Assembly: GCA_044344255.1 (NCBI GenBank)
Contig: JBIJDH010000001.1
Span: 256,001 to 320,000, forward strand
Origin: Myxococcota bacterium
GTDB taxonomy: Bacteria > Myxococcota_A > UBA796 > UBA2385
DNA length: 64,000 nucleotides
Reading direction: 5' to 3'
Of the stretch, positions 26,990-36,084 are shown piece after piece. How positions within the stretch are numbered: the stretch's first letter is position 1; each line of letters begins with the position of its first letter. Under the pieces are notes generated by a model, which saw only the letters and a list, made by a program, of their open reading frames with translations, ran no database searches and was not told the origin of the DNA. Made by a program: the position numbers and the translations under genes.

Positions 26990-27739
26990 CTAGGGAGGCG
27001 CGGCCTCGCCGCGGCGGTCGATCATCCCGCCGCCCGCCTCGGCGGCGCCCTCCGCCTCCGCCTCTTCCCCCGCCCCTTCCTCCGCTTCGTCCTCGTCGGC
27101 GGTGATGTCGAAGGGCAGGGTGACCTCGACGCCCCCCGGCGCGGCGGGCCAGTCCTGCTCGTAGACGGCAGCCGAGAAGCAGCCGAGGACGCCCACGGGC
27201 ACGGTGGCGTGCTCGCTCACCCAGGCCTCCTGCACCCCCTCGGGGCCGAGCTGGAAGGACAGCACGACGTGGCCCTCAATCTCCGGATCTTCGGCCGTCC
27301 AGGCCTCCACACAGGCGGTGATCGAGGGGCTCATCCGCTCGGCCACCGTCGACAGGCCCTGGGCGTCGAGGCGGAGGGTGGGATCGACCCCGCCCCGCTC
27401 CGCCGCGGTGTCCTCCGCCTCGGGATCGCCCTCGGCGCGGGCCGCGTGGGCACCGACGGTGGTGGAGACCGCCTCCGGCGCCGCGGGCGCGGCCGGCGAC
27501 GGGGCGCGGGGGGCCCGACCGGCGGCGGGGGGCCGGGCGCGGGTGGGGCGCGGGATCGCGGCCCGCGCAGGCGACCCCTTCGCGGCGAGGTCGGCGGCGC
27601 CCGGCAGCGCGGCGGGCTCCGCGACCGAGGCCGGCGGCCCGAGCAGCCACAGGGCGGAGAGGCCCGCGGCGCCGACGGTGACGAGGACAGCGACAGGCGG
27701 GGCCCAGCGGGAGCGCATCTTCGACCTCCGGAGGAGCAT
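26990..27739 (-). CDS. membrane-anchored AgmX/PglI (TonB-C-like) domain protein
   Basis: TM anchor, Pro/Ala linker, then ITACVE...EGHVVLSFQLGPEG...GCF...WP...VTLPF. Confidence 0.7.
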   Translation of the reverse strand: MLLRRSKMRSRWAPPVAVLVTVGAAGLSALWLLGPPASVAEPAALPGAADLAAKGSPARAAIPRPTRARPPAAGRAPRAPSPAAPAAPEAVSTTVGAHAARAEGDPEAEDTAAERGGVDPTLRLDAQGLSTVAERMSPSITACVEAWTAEDPEIEGHVVLSFQLGPEGVQEAWVSEHATVPVGVLGCFSAAVYEQDWPAAPGGVEVTLPFDITADEDEAEEGAGEEAEAEGAAEAGGGMIDRRGEAAPP

Positions 27740-27809
27740 AGCCAGCCCCCTCGACCGCGGCCCTCGACCGCCGCGGCGGGGATAGGCTGCGGGCCCGCTC
27801 GGAGCGCCC

Positions 27810-30269
27810 GTGCTCAGCCTGACCGCCCTGCTCAGCCTCCCCGCCCTGGCCTGGGACCCCGACGCCGGGCTGATCCCGCCCTGGACCGACGAGGCCACCG
27901 TCGAGACCAGCTCGAACCCCGACCTCTCCGAGCGGGTCCTCGACGGCGACGACAACACGAACTGGACCTCGGGGAGCTGCTTCCCCTCGGGCTTCCTGTC
28001 GCGCGCCGAGCTCAACCCGCTGGCCCTCGCCTGCGCGGCGGGCCGCTGCACGCTCTCCGGCGCCGGCTCCCCCGACGGCGCCACCGACGCCGACGTCTAC
28101 ACCGGGGCCAGCGCCGCTCTCTCCGGCGGCAGCGCCAGCCTGCGGGTCGAGCTCGCGGCCGCGCAGCTCCTCGACGAGGTGGCCTTCCGCGGCTTCGGCG
28201 GCACCATCGACGTCAGCGTCGAGACGGCCTCCGGTGGCCTGCTCTCGGTCGGCACCTACACGAGCGCCGAGGCCTACACACTCCAGCGTTACGCCGCCCC
28301 CACCGAGGCCGTGGCCGCCGTGCTCCTCACCGCCACGAGCGGCTTCACCGTCACCGAGGTGGGCGCCTACCGCGGCCCCTGCCTCGAGTGGGCGACGGTC
28401 GACCTCGGCCTCGCCCGCCCGGTCGGCGTCGTGCGCAGCCGCCACTGGGCCGGGGGCAAGGGCCTCTCGAGCGCGCTGTACGGCTCGCTCGACGGGCTCG
28501 CCTGGACCCTCCTCGCCGACCTGGACCCCGAGGCCCTGGGCGCGGTCGAGACCCGCCTCCCCGCCGACCCGGAGCTCCGCTACCTCAAGGTCGAGCACGA
28601 GGTCAGCCCCGAGGACTACGCCAAGGTCTACGTCTGGGAGCTCGACGCCTGGGACCACGACGGGGAGACGGGCCCCATGCCCTCCTTCTCGGGCGCCGTC
28701 GCCCCGCTCTCCGAGATGATCGGCGTCAATGGCATCTGGGGCTGGGGCACCTCCGGCTACTCCGACAGCCTGCCCCCCGGCGAGGGCCCCGAGCGGTACA
28801 CCGCCGTCGCCCCGCACGCCCGCAACTACCACAACCTCGGCTGGGACATCACCGACCCCGACCACGTCCCCGCCTACGAGGACATGGCCACGAGCGGCAC
28901 CGAGGCCCAGTGGTGGCTCGACTGGGACCGCGAGTACGACGACTGGGCCGCCGCCGGCCTCGACGTGACCGCCTCGGTGCAATTCACCGCCCGTGACGCG
29001 CCCGCCGCGAGCTGGGACGACCCCTACACCGCCGCCTACACCTACGCCGAGGCGATGGCCCGCCACTTCGGCCCCACCGCGGGCACGGGCTCGCTCACGG
29101 CGATCGAGGCCGGTAACGAGCCCTGGGACTACCCGGCTGACTTCTACAACGAGGTGCTCTCCGGCTTCGTCGACGGGGCCAAGGCCGGCGACCCGGCGAT
29201 GCGGGTGCTGCCCTGCGCGCTGCAGGCCCACGACCCCGACGCCGAGACCGAGGCCGGCGGCCACTACATCGGCGCCCGCGTGGACGAGGCCACCGCCGCA
29301 TCGCTCGACGCCCTCAACATTCACGCCTACAGCGTGCGCAACGACGAGGCCGGCGTGCGGGTCGGCGTGCCCCCCGAGGACGCCGGCTCCTCCTCCCGCC
29401 AGGTGCTCAACCTGCTGCGCTGGCGCGACACGAACACCCCCGGCCTGCCGGTCTGGCTCACCGAGTGGGGCTGGGACAGCGACGGGGCCGGCGAGACCTG
29501 CTCGAACAGCGAGTGTGTCTCCGAGGCGGCGGCCACCGCCTACGCCCAGCGCGGCGCCCTGCTCTGGAACCGGCTCGGCCTCGAGCGGGCCACCTGGTTC
29601 TTCTACGCCAACATCTCGGGCTGCGACACGCTCTTCTGTCGGAGCGGCCTCACGGGCACGGTCGAGGGCGGCTTCGCCCCGAAGGGCCCCTACCAGGCCC
29701 TCGCCGCCCTCCGCGCCCTCCTCGGCGAGGCGCGGGTGGTCGGGGTCATCGAGGAGTCGGACGCCGCCTGGGTCTACCTCCTCGGCGGCGCCGACGGCGT
29801 GCCCACCCACCTCGTCGGCTGGACCCCCACCGACCCCGCCGAGGGCGCCACGGCCACCGTCGATGTGCCCCGCCCCGAGGCCCCGCGCCGCGCTTACACC
29901 CTGCCCGGCACGAGCGCCGAGCCGGCCGAGGCGCCCCTCCCCACCGTGACCGACGGGGCCATCCGCCTCACCCTCGGCGCGCTGCCGCTCTACGTCGAGC
30001 TCGACGTCGGCGGGCCCGACGACAGCGGCGCTCCCGGCGACTCTGGCGCCCCCGACGGCGGCGACGGCGCCGACGGCGGCGATGGCGGCGACGGCGCGGC
30101 CGACGGCGATGCGGGCGCGGCCGACGAAGACAGCGAGGACGGGGGCGACAAGGCGGGCGGCTGCGGCTGCAGCGCGGCCCCCGACGGCCGCCGGTGGAGC
30201 GGGGCCCTCGCCGCCCTGCTCGGCCTCGCCGGGCTGCGGCGGCGCCGGGCGCGGCGGGGCGGAGGCTGA
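27810..30269 (+). CDS. surface clan GH-A glycoside hydrolase with discoidin/F5-8-like domain and MYXO-CTERM tail
   Basis: Signal peptide; VLDGDDNTNW; acid/base GNEPW and nucleophile WLTEWG; GGCGCS-TM-RRRR tail. Confidence 0.8.
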   Translation: MLSLTALLSLPALAWDPDAGLIPPWTDEATVETSSNPDLSERVLDGDDNTNWTSGSCFPSGFLSRAELNPLALACAAGRCTLSGAGSPDGATDADVYTGASAALSGGSASLRVELAAAQLLDEVAFRGFGGTIDVSVETASGGLLSVGTYTSAEAYTLQRYAAPTEAVAAVLLTATSGFTVTEVGAYRGPCLEWATVDLGLARPVGVVRSRHWAGGKGLSSALYGSLDGLAWTLLADLDPEALGAVETRLPADPELRYLKVEHEVSPEDYAKVYVWELDAWDHDGETGPMPSFSGAVAPLSEMIGVNGIWGWGTSGYSDSLPPGEGPERYTAVAPHARNYHNLGWDITDPDHVPAYEDMATSGTEAQWWLDWDREYDDWAAAGLDVTASVQFTARDAPAASWDDPYTAAYTYAEAMARHFGPTAGTGSLTAIEAGNEPWDYPADFYNEVLSGFVDGAKAGDPAMRVLPCALQAHDPDAETEAGGHYIGARVDEATAASLDALNIHAYSVRNDEAGVRVGVPPEDAGSSSRQVLNLLRWRDTNTPGLPVWLTEWGWDSDGAGETCSNSECVSEAAATAYAQRGALLWNRLGLERATWFFYANISGCDTLFCRSGLTGTVEGGFAPKGPYQALAALRALLGEARVVGVIEESDAAWVYLLGGADGVPTHLVGWTPTDPAEGATATVDVPRPEAPRRAYTLPGTSAEPAEAPLPTVTDGAIRLTLGALPLYVELDVGGPDDSGAPGDSGAPDGGDGADGGDGGDGAADGDAGAADEDSEDGGDKAGGCGCSAAPDGRRWSGALAALLGLAGLRRRRARRGGG

Positions 30270-30337
30270 CTCGGGGCGCCGGGCGGCCGGTTCCCGTTGG
30301 GCCGCCCGGTGGTTACGGCAGGGGCCGAGGACAACCC

Positions 30338-31684
30338 ATGTCGGCCCGTACCCCCGTGCTCCGCAACTTCTATCGAAAGCTCTCGGGCGAGAACGCGCGG
30401 CCGTTGGAGCCGGACTCCCCGTACTATGTAGACATCCTCGCCTCCGATCTGCGCCGGGATCCCATCCTCGCCCTGAACACCCGCCTGCTCTTCGCCGAAT
30501 CGGAGAGCGTGAACCTGCTCACGGGCTTTCGGGGAAATGGAAAGAGCACGGAGCTCCGGCGCCTGAAGCGCCTGCTCGAAGGCCAAGGCTGCGCCGTCTA
30601 CCTGGTGGACATGCTGGACAGCCTCCTGCTCACCAAGCCGATCGAGGTGAGCGACTTCCTCCTCGCCCTCATGGCCGCGCTGTCAAAGGTCATCGAAGGG
30701 GACGACGGGCTCCGGCCCATCCGGGAGAGCTACTGGGAGCGAATGAAGAAGCTCTTCCAGGCCGAGCTGGAGCTCGATGGGGTCGGCCTCTCCGCGGAGG
30801 CGGGGGGAGACGTCGGACTGGCTTCGGCGACGGTCGCCGCCGAGCTCGCGCTCAAGCTGAAGATCGACCCTACCTTCAAGGAGCGGGTGCAGGAGCGGCT
30901 CCGCGGACACATGACCACCCTCGTCCAGCAGGTCCACTCCTTTGTGCGGGAGCTCGTGCAGACCCTACGCTCCCGGGCCGGTGACCCCGACCTCAAGGTG
31001 GTGCTGCTCGTGGACTCCGTGGAGCAGATCCGCGGCATCGGTGACGAGGCCGAAGCCGTCCACAATAGCGTAGTGGACACCTTCTACAATCAGGCGGTGA
31101 GCCTCGCGCTCCCGACTCTGCACGTCGTCTACACTGTGCCCCCCTTCTTCCTTGCCCTGATGAGCAACGCGGCGCGGCCCTTCGGCGGCACCATCACGTC
31201 CTGGCCGAATATTCACGTCCGCAGTCGGGATGGCAAGGAGGACCCGGATGGCCTCGCGGTGATGGAGAAGATCATCAGCCAGCGGCTGCCCGACTGGCAG
31301 TCGGTGATCTCCGCCCCCCGTCTCCGTCAGCTCGCCGAGCGGTCCGGGGGCGACATCCGCGACTACTTCCGCCTCCTGCGCGAGTGCGCGGTGTTGCTGG
31401 AGACGGGCGGCATGTTTGCCGTTGATGATCCTCTCCTTGTCCGCGTTCAGCAGCACCTCCTCCGAGAGCTCCTGCCCATCGCACGCGACGACGCGCGCTG
31501 GCTGCTCAAGATCCATCAGCAGAAGAAGACGGCCCTCGACTCGGTGGAGGACGTGCCCCGCTTCGCTCGTTTCCTCGACTCGAACCTCGTGATGAACTAC
31601 CTCAATGGTGAGCCCTGGTATGACATCCACCCGCTCATCGTGAATGAGGTGACCGAGCTCGGCACGGAGCCCGCCCCCGAATGA
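30338..31684 (+). CDS. P-loop AAA+/STAND-like (Orc1/Cdc6-like) ATPase with C-terminal winged helix
   Basis: Walker A GFRGNGKST, Walker B VVLLVDS, SGGDIRD and WYDIHPL motifs; visibly less GC-rich than flanks; ATGA-coupled to the next gene. Confidence 0.8.
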   Translation: MSARTPVLRNFYRKLSGENARPLEPDSPYYVDILASDLRRDPILALNTRLLFAESESVNLLTGFRGNGKSTELRRLKRLLEGQGCAVYLVDMLDSLLLTKPIEVSDFLLALMAALSKVIEGDDGLRPIRESYWERMKKLFQAELELDGVGLSAEAGGDVGLASATVAAELALKLKIDPTFKERVQERLRGHMTTLVQQVHSFVRELVQTLRSRAGDPDLKVVLLVDSVEQIRGIGDEAEAVHNSVVDTFYNQAVSLALPTLHVVYTVPPFFLALMSNAARPFGGTITSWPNIHVRSRDGKEDPDGLAVMEKIISQRLPDWQSVISAPRLRQLAERSGGDIRDYFRLLRECAVLLETGGMFAVDDPLLVRVQQHLLRELLPIARDDARWLLKIHQQKKTALDSVEDVPRFARFLDSNLVMNYLNGEPWYDIHPLIVNEVTELGTEPAPE

Positions 31685-34122
31685 CAGATCGAGGGCTGCT
31701 CCCCGCTGGAGAGGAGGCCTGGGAGCAGCTCCGCCAGAACCTGGACTGGGCGGAGGGCTTCTGCCTTGGCCTCATCCTGAGCGAGAACAGCGGTGTGGTG
31801 GGGGTGCTCCGCGAGCGCCTGGCCGACATCTACCGGGCGCGGGTCACCCGACTCGACACCGTGAAGCTGGAGCGCCCCGAGCAGCTCGCCTTCGAGCTCC
31901 TGCCTCGCCTCCTGCACCCCCCCGAGCATGAGCGGCTCCTCGCCGCGCCCTGCTGGGTGGACCTCTCCCGACAGGCGGGGGAGGCCTGGCGCGCCGCCCG
32001 CTTGAATTTCATCACCCGGCTCAATGAGCAGCGGGAGCCCTTACGGAGACAGCTCGGTCGGCCGTTGGTGCTCGTGCTCCCCCTCGCGGAGCTGCCGCGG
32101 ATTCGGAGCCTCGCGCCCGATCTCTGGGCCATCCGGGACTTCACGATCGAGGTGGGGGACTGGCTCAGACCAGAGCCTCCGGCGACAGAGCGCGCGGCGC
32201 CGCCCGCGCCGGCTCGGTTTCCATTGGACGCGGAGGGTGAGGCGGCGGTGGCGGAGTGGCAGCGGATTCAGCGACGCGCTGCCAGCCAGCCTCCCGACAC
32301 GTCCAGACCCATCGACCGCGGCGTGATCCTCGCCGGTTCTCGCGCCTTAGACGGCTTCCTCCGCGCCGCCTGGGTGGAGGAGGCCACCGCCCTCGCGGCC
32401 CAGTTGCTGGAGCGCAATCGAGCCCGAGCCGCCGCCGAGGGCGAGACCCCCGAGGCCCTTCGCGACCTCTCCATCTCTCTGGACTATGTCGGCGGCGCGG
32501 CGGAGATGCGGGGGGACGGGGAGGCCGCGACGGCGGCCTACACCGAGAGCCTGGAGCTCCGACGGACCCTCCTTCGCCGCCTCGGCGAGACTCCAGATGC
32601 CCTCCGAGACCTCTCCATCTCGCTCAACAAGGTTGGCGGCGCGGCGGAGAGGCGGGGGGACGGGAAGGCCGCGGCGGCGGCATACGCCGAGAGCCTGGAG
32701 CTCAGCCGGAACCTGCTGCGACGACTCGGTAAGACCCACGAGGCCCGCCGAGACCTAGCCGTCTCACTGGACAATGTCGGGGGGGCCGCGGCGAAGCGGG
32801 GGGACTGGGAGGGGGCCGCCTCCGCCTACGCGGAGAGCCTGGAGATCAGCCGAACCCTCCTGCGCAGACTCGGCGAGACCCCCGAGACCCTCCGCGACCT
32901 CTCCGTATCGCTCAACAAAGTCGGGCGGGCCGCGGCGAAGCGAGGGGACTGGGAGGGGGCCGCCTCCGCCTACGCGGAGAGCCTGGAGATCAGCCGAACC
33001 CTCCTGCGCAGACTCGGCGAGACCCCCGAGACCCTCCGCGACCTCTCCGTCTCTCTTGAAAAGGTCGGGGGGACCGCGGAGAGGCGGGGGGACTGGGAGG
33101 CGGCCGCTTCCGCCTACGGGGAGAGCCTGGCGCTCCGCCGCACCCTCCTTCGCAGACTCGGCGAGACCCCCGAGGCCCTGCGAGACCTCTCCGTCTCTCT
33201 TGAAAAGATAGGGGGGGCCGCGGAGAGGCGGGGGGACTGGGAGGGGGCCGCCTCCGCTCATGGGGAGAGCCTAGAGCTCAGCCGCACCCTCCTTCGGCGA
33301 CTCGGTGAGACCCCCGCGGCCCTGCGAGACCTCTCCGTCTCGCTTGAAAAGGTCGGGGGTGCCGCTGCGAAGCGAGGAGACTGGGAGGGTGCAGCCATCG
33401 CTTACGCGGAAAGCCTGGAGCTTAGCAGGACCCTCCTTCGCCGTTTCGGCGAGACCCCCGAGGCCCTGCGCGACCTCTCCGTTTCGCTCAACAAGGTCGG
33501 GGGAGCCGCGTTGACGCGGGCGGACTGGGAGGGGGCTGCCGCCTCCTATGGAGAGAGCCTGGAGATCAGCCGCACCCTCCTTTGCCGACTCGGCGAGACC
33601 CCCGAGGCCCTGCGAGACCTCTCCGTCTCGCTGAACCTTGTCGGGGGGGCCGCGGCGAAGCGGGGGGATTGGGAGGGGGCCGCCGCCGCCTACGGAGAGG
33701 GCCTGGAGCTCAGCCGCACCCTCTTTCGCCGACTCGGCGAGACCCCCGAGGCCCTGCGCGACCTCTCTGTCTCGCTGGACAAGGTCGGGGGGGCCGCGGA
33801 GAAGCGGGGGGACTGGGAGGGGGCCGCCTCCGCCTACAGGCAGAGCCTGGAGCTCAGCCGGACCCTCCTTCGCCGCCTCGGCGAGACCCCCGAGGCCCTG
33901 CGCGACCTCTCCATCTCGCTGCACAACATGGGTCGAGTATCCGCAGCGCGGGGGGCCACGGCGGAGGCGCGGGGGCGCTTTATGGAGGGGCTGGAGCTCG
34001 CCCGCACCCTCGCCCTACGCCTCCCGACGCTCCCCGCGTACACCGAGCTCCCCCCCTTCTTCGAGCGCTCCCTCGCCGGTCTCCCCGCGGAGGATTGCGG
34101 AGCAGCGGGGCCCCGGGGCTGA
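31681..34122 (+). CDS. inactive STAND-like N-terminal domain plus eleven 48-aa TPR repeats
   Basis: LNEQRE...PLVLVLP...APDLW region without a Walker A lysine; tandem RDLSVSLxxVG repeats. Confidence 0.8.
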   Translation: MTDRGLLPAGEEAWEQLRQNLDWAEGFCLGLILSENSGVVGVLRERLADIYRARVTRLDTVKLERPEQLAFELLPRLLHPPEHERLLAAPCWVDLSRQAGEAWRAARLNFITRLNEQREPLRRQLGRPLVLVLPLAELPRIRSLAPDLWAIRDFTIEVGDWLRPEPPATERAAPPAPARFPLDAEGEAAVAEWQRIQRRAASQPPDTSRPIDRGVILAGSRALDGFLRAAWVEEATALAAQLLERNRARAAAEGETPEALRDLSISLDYVGGAAEMRGDGEAATAAYTESLELRRTLLRRLGETPDALRDLSISLNKVGGAAERRGDGKAAAAAYAESLELSRNLLRRLGKTHEARRDLAVSLDNVGGAAAKRGDWEGAASAYAESLEISRTLLRRLGETPETLRDLSVSLNKVGRAAAKRGDWEGAASAYAESLEISRTLLRRLGETPETLRDLSVSLEKVGGTAERRGDWEAAASAYGESLALRRTLLRRLGETPEALRDLSVSLEKIGGAAERRGDWEGAASAHGESLELSRTLLRRLGETPAALRDLSVSLEKVGGAAAKRGDWEGAAIAYAESLELSRTLLRRFGETPEALRDLSVSLNKVGGAALTRADWEGAAASYGESLEISRTLLCRLGETPEALRDLSVSLNLVGGAAAKRGDWEGAAAAYGEGLELSRTLFRRLGETPEALRDLSVSLDKVGGAAEKRGDWEGAASAYRQSLELSRTLLRRLGETPEALRDLSISLHNMGRVSAARGATAEARGRFMEGLELARTLALRLPTLPAYTELPPFFERSLAGLPAEDCGAAGPRG
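32440..34023 (+). repeat. 144-bp x 11 coding tandem repeat
   Basis: Units start at 32440, 32584, 32728 ... 33880, an exact 144-bp period. Confidence 0.95.
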
Positions 34123-34204
34123 GCGGCCCGCGCCCCGCCCTGCGGGGGGCCCGTGATACGGTCCCCTCCCCCCGCCGCTGCGGGGCCGGCCCCCGGAGCG
34201 CCCC

Positions 34205-35341
34205 ATGCGAAGGCTGATGACCCGCCGCCTCCCCGGAGACCCGCCCGGCGCCGAGCGGGTCTGCTGGTGGGACTTCCGATCGATCCCCGAGGGCTGGACG
34301 CTGGAGATCCCCTGGGTCGATCCCGGGGGGCCAGGCGCGCGGCCCTCGGTGCCGGCCCAGGCCGAGGCGCTGGCCGTGCGCGGCCTCACGGTCGACAGCT
34401 TCGGGCGGGTGGTGCTCGACCTGCCGGCCCACGCCGCGCTGCTGGCCGAGCTCGACTTCGAGGGCCCCCCCTGGGCCGCGCTGGACGCCCTCGACGCCAT
34501 GACCGCCCGACAGGCGGCGGGTGACCTCGCGGGGGCGCTCCAGGAGTCGGTCCTGCTGCGCGACCACGCGCCGGGCTGGGCGGAGGGGCGGCGGCGACGG
34601 CTCCACCTCCTCCTCCACGGCGCCCGCGACGCCGACGCCGCCGAGGCCGACCTCGACAGCATCCCCGGGGGCACCCTGCCGCCCGACGAGCTCCGCCGCG
34701 AGCGGCAGACCCTCTCCCTCCTCCGGGACGACTGGGTGGCCTACGCGGGGGCCCAGGCCGAGATGATCGCCGACGGGGCGCGGGAGCCCGCCTCCTTCGA
34801 GGTGCTGGGCCTCGCCTTTTGGGCGGCGGGGGAGCTCGACCGCGCGCTCCAGGCCCTCCACGACGGCCTCCAGGCGCACCCGGGCCACCGCGACCTCGCG
34901 CTGCGCGCCGCCGAGGTGCTCGAGGCCCAGGGCCGGCACGCAGACGCTCTCTCCACCCTCGACGGCCTCACCCAGGAGGGCCCGCCGCACAGCAAGACCC
35001 TCGCCCTCCGCGGCTGGCTGCGCCGGAACGACGACCCCACGGTCGCCGCCGCCGACTGGGCCGCCGCCCTCACGCTCGACCCCGAGCAGGCCGTCGCTCG
35101 GGTGGGCCGCGGGCTCCAGCGCCTCGCCGCCGGTGACCTCGAGGGCGCCCGCGCCGACCTCGCCCCCTTCACCCACTGCGGCTGGACCGAGGCCGCCGAC
35201 GCCTGGGCCCGCTACTGCGCCGCCGCGGGGGAGCCCGCGCCCGAGGTGCTGCCGGGGCACGGGCACGACCACAGTCACGACCATGAGCACGACCACGACC
35301 ACGACCCCGCGCACGACCCCGATCCCGGCGCCGGGCGCTGA
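34205..35341 (+). CDS. TPR protein with His/Asp-rich tail
   Basis: TPR-like helices; C-terminal HGHDHSHDHEHDHDHD. Confidence 0.7.
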   Translation: MRRLMTRRLPGDPPGAERVCWWDFRSIPEGWTLEIPWVDPGGPGARPSVPAQAEALAVRGLTVDSFGRVVLDLPAHAALLAELDFEGPPWAALDALDAMTARQAAGDLAGALQESVLLRDHAPGWAEGRRRRLHLLLHGARDADAAEADLDSIPGGTLPPDELRRERQTLSLLRDDWVAYAGAQAEMIADGAREPASFEVLGLAFWAAGELDRALQALHDGLQAHPGHRDLALRAAEVLEAQGRHADALSTLDGLTQEGPPHSKTLALRGWLRRNDDPTVAAADWAAALTLDPEQAVARVGRGLQRLAAGDLEGARADLAPFTHCGWTEAADAWARYCAAAGEPAPEVLPGHGHDHSHDHEHDHDHDPAHDPDPGAGR

Positions 35342-35344
35342 GCC

Positions 35345-36028
35345 ATGTGGTCGCGACTCCCGAGCCCGGCCGAGCTCTGCTTCTTCCAAGAACACGGCTG
35401 GCTGGCGGTCGAGGACGCCGTCCCCCTGCCGCTGATCGAGGCCCTCGCCGCCCGGGCGGCGCGGGTGCACGACGAGCCCAGCCTCTCCATCCGCCAGCCG
35501 GGGACGCGCCCCGAGGATGAGCCGGGGGACTACGTGCTCCAGTCGATGCTCACGCTCGTCTGGCCGGGCTGGACGGCCGAGCCGCTCCAGGCCTGGACCA
35601 GGCGCTTCGCCGGCGCCCTGCTCGGCGGGCCGGCCCGCTTCTGGTACGAGCAGCTCCTCGAGAAGCCGCCCCGCCACGGCTCGGCCACCTGGTGGCACCA
35701 GGACGGCGCCTCGCTCCCGCCGGGGGCTGGCGAGCGGCTCCTCTCCTGCTGGTTGCCGCTCCAGGACGTCGACGAGGGCCGCGGCTGCATGCGCTTCCTC
35801 GACGGCGCCCACCGGGGCGGCCCGCTCCCCCATGAGCTCGAGGCCGACCTCATCGGCGGGGACGCCTGCGCCCGCGGGGCCTGCGCGGTCGACCCAGCGG
35901 CGGTGGTCACGGTGCCGCTCCGCCGCGGCGGCCTCAGCTTCCACCACGGCATGACCCCGCACGCGGCGACGGCCAACCGCTCGTCGGAGTGGCGCTCGGT
36001 GCTTATCCAGCGCTTCGTCCTCGACTGA
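35345..36028 (+). CDS. phytanoyl-CoA dioxygenase (PhyH) family
   Basis: WHQD, WLPLQD, GCM..G.H and FHH..TPH..N.S..R motifs. Confidence 0.9.
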   Translation: MWSRLPSPAELCFFQEHGWLAVEDAVPLPLIEALAARAARVHDEPSLSIRQPGTRPEDEPGDYVLQSMLTLVWPGWTAEPLQAWTRRFAGALLGGPARFWYEQLLEKPPRHGSATWWHQDGASLPPGAGERLLSCWLPLQDVDEGRGCMRFLDGAHRGGPLPHELEADLIGGDACARGACAVDPAAVVTVPLRRGGLSFHHGMTPHAATANRSSEWRSVLIQRFVLD

Positions 36029-36084
36029 GGCCCCGCCCGCTCGTCGTCCCCGCTCGCTCGTCGCCCCCGCACCCGGATCCCCGC

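Noticed and set aside
30030..30150. GACGGC-rich repeats as a mobile or regulatory repeat
   Set aside because: They encode an ordinary Gly/Asp linker before the MYXO-CTERM tail.
32440..34023. TALE-like DNA-binding repeats (NK and HN resemble RVDs)
   Set aside because: Units are 48 aa with a TPR consensus, not 33-35 aa LTPxQVVAIAS repeats, and the variable residues lie within a helix.
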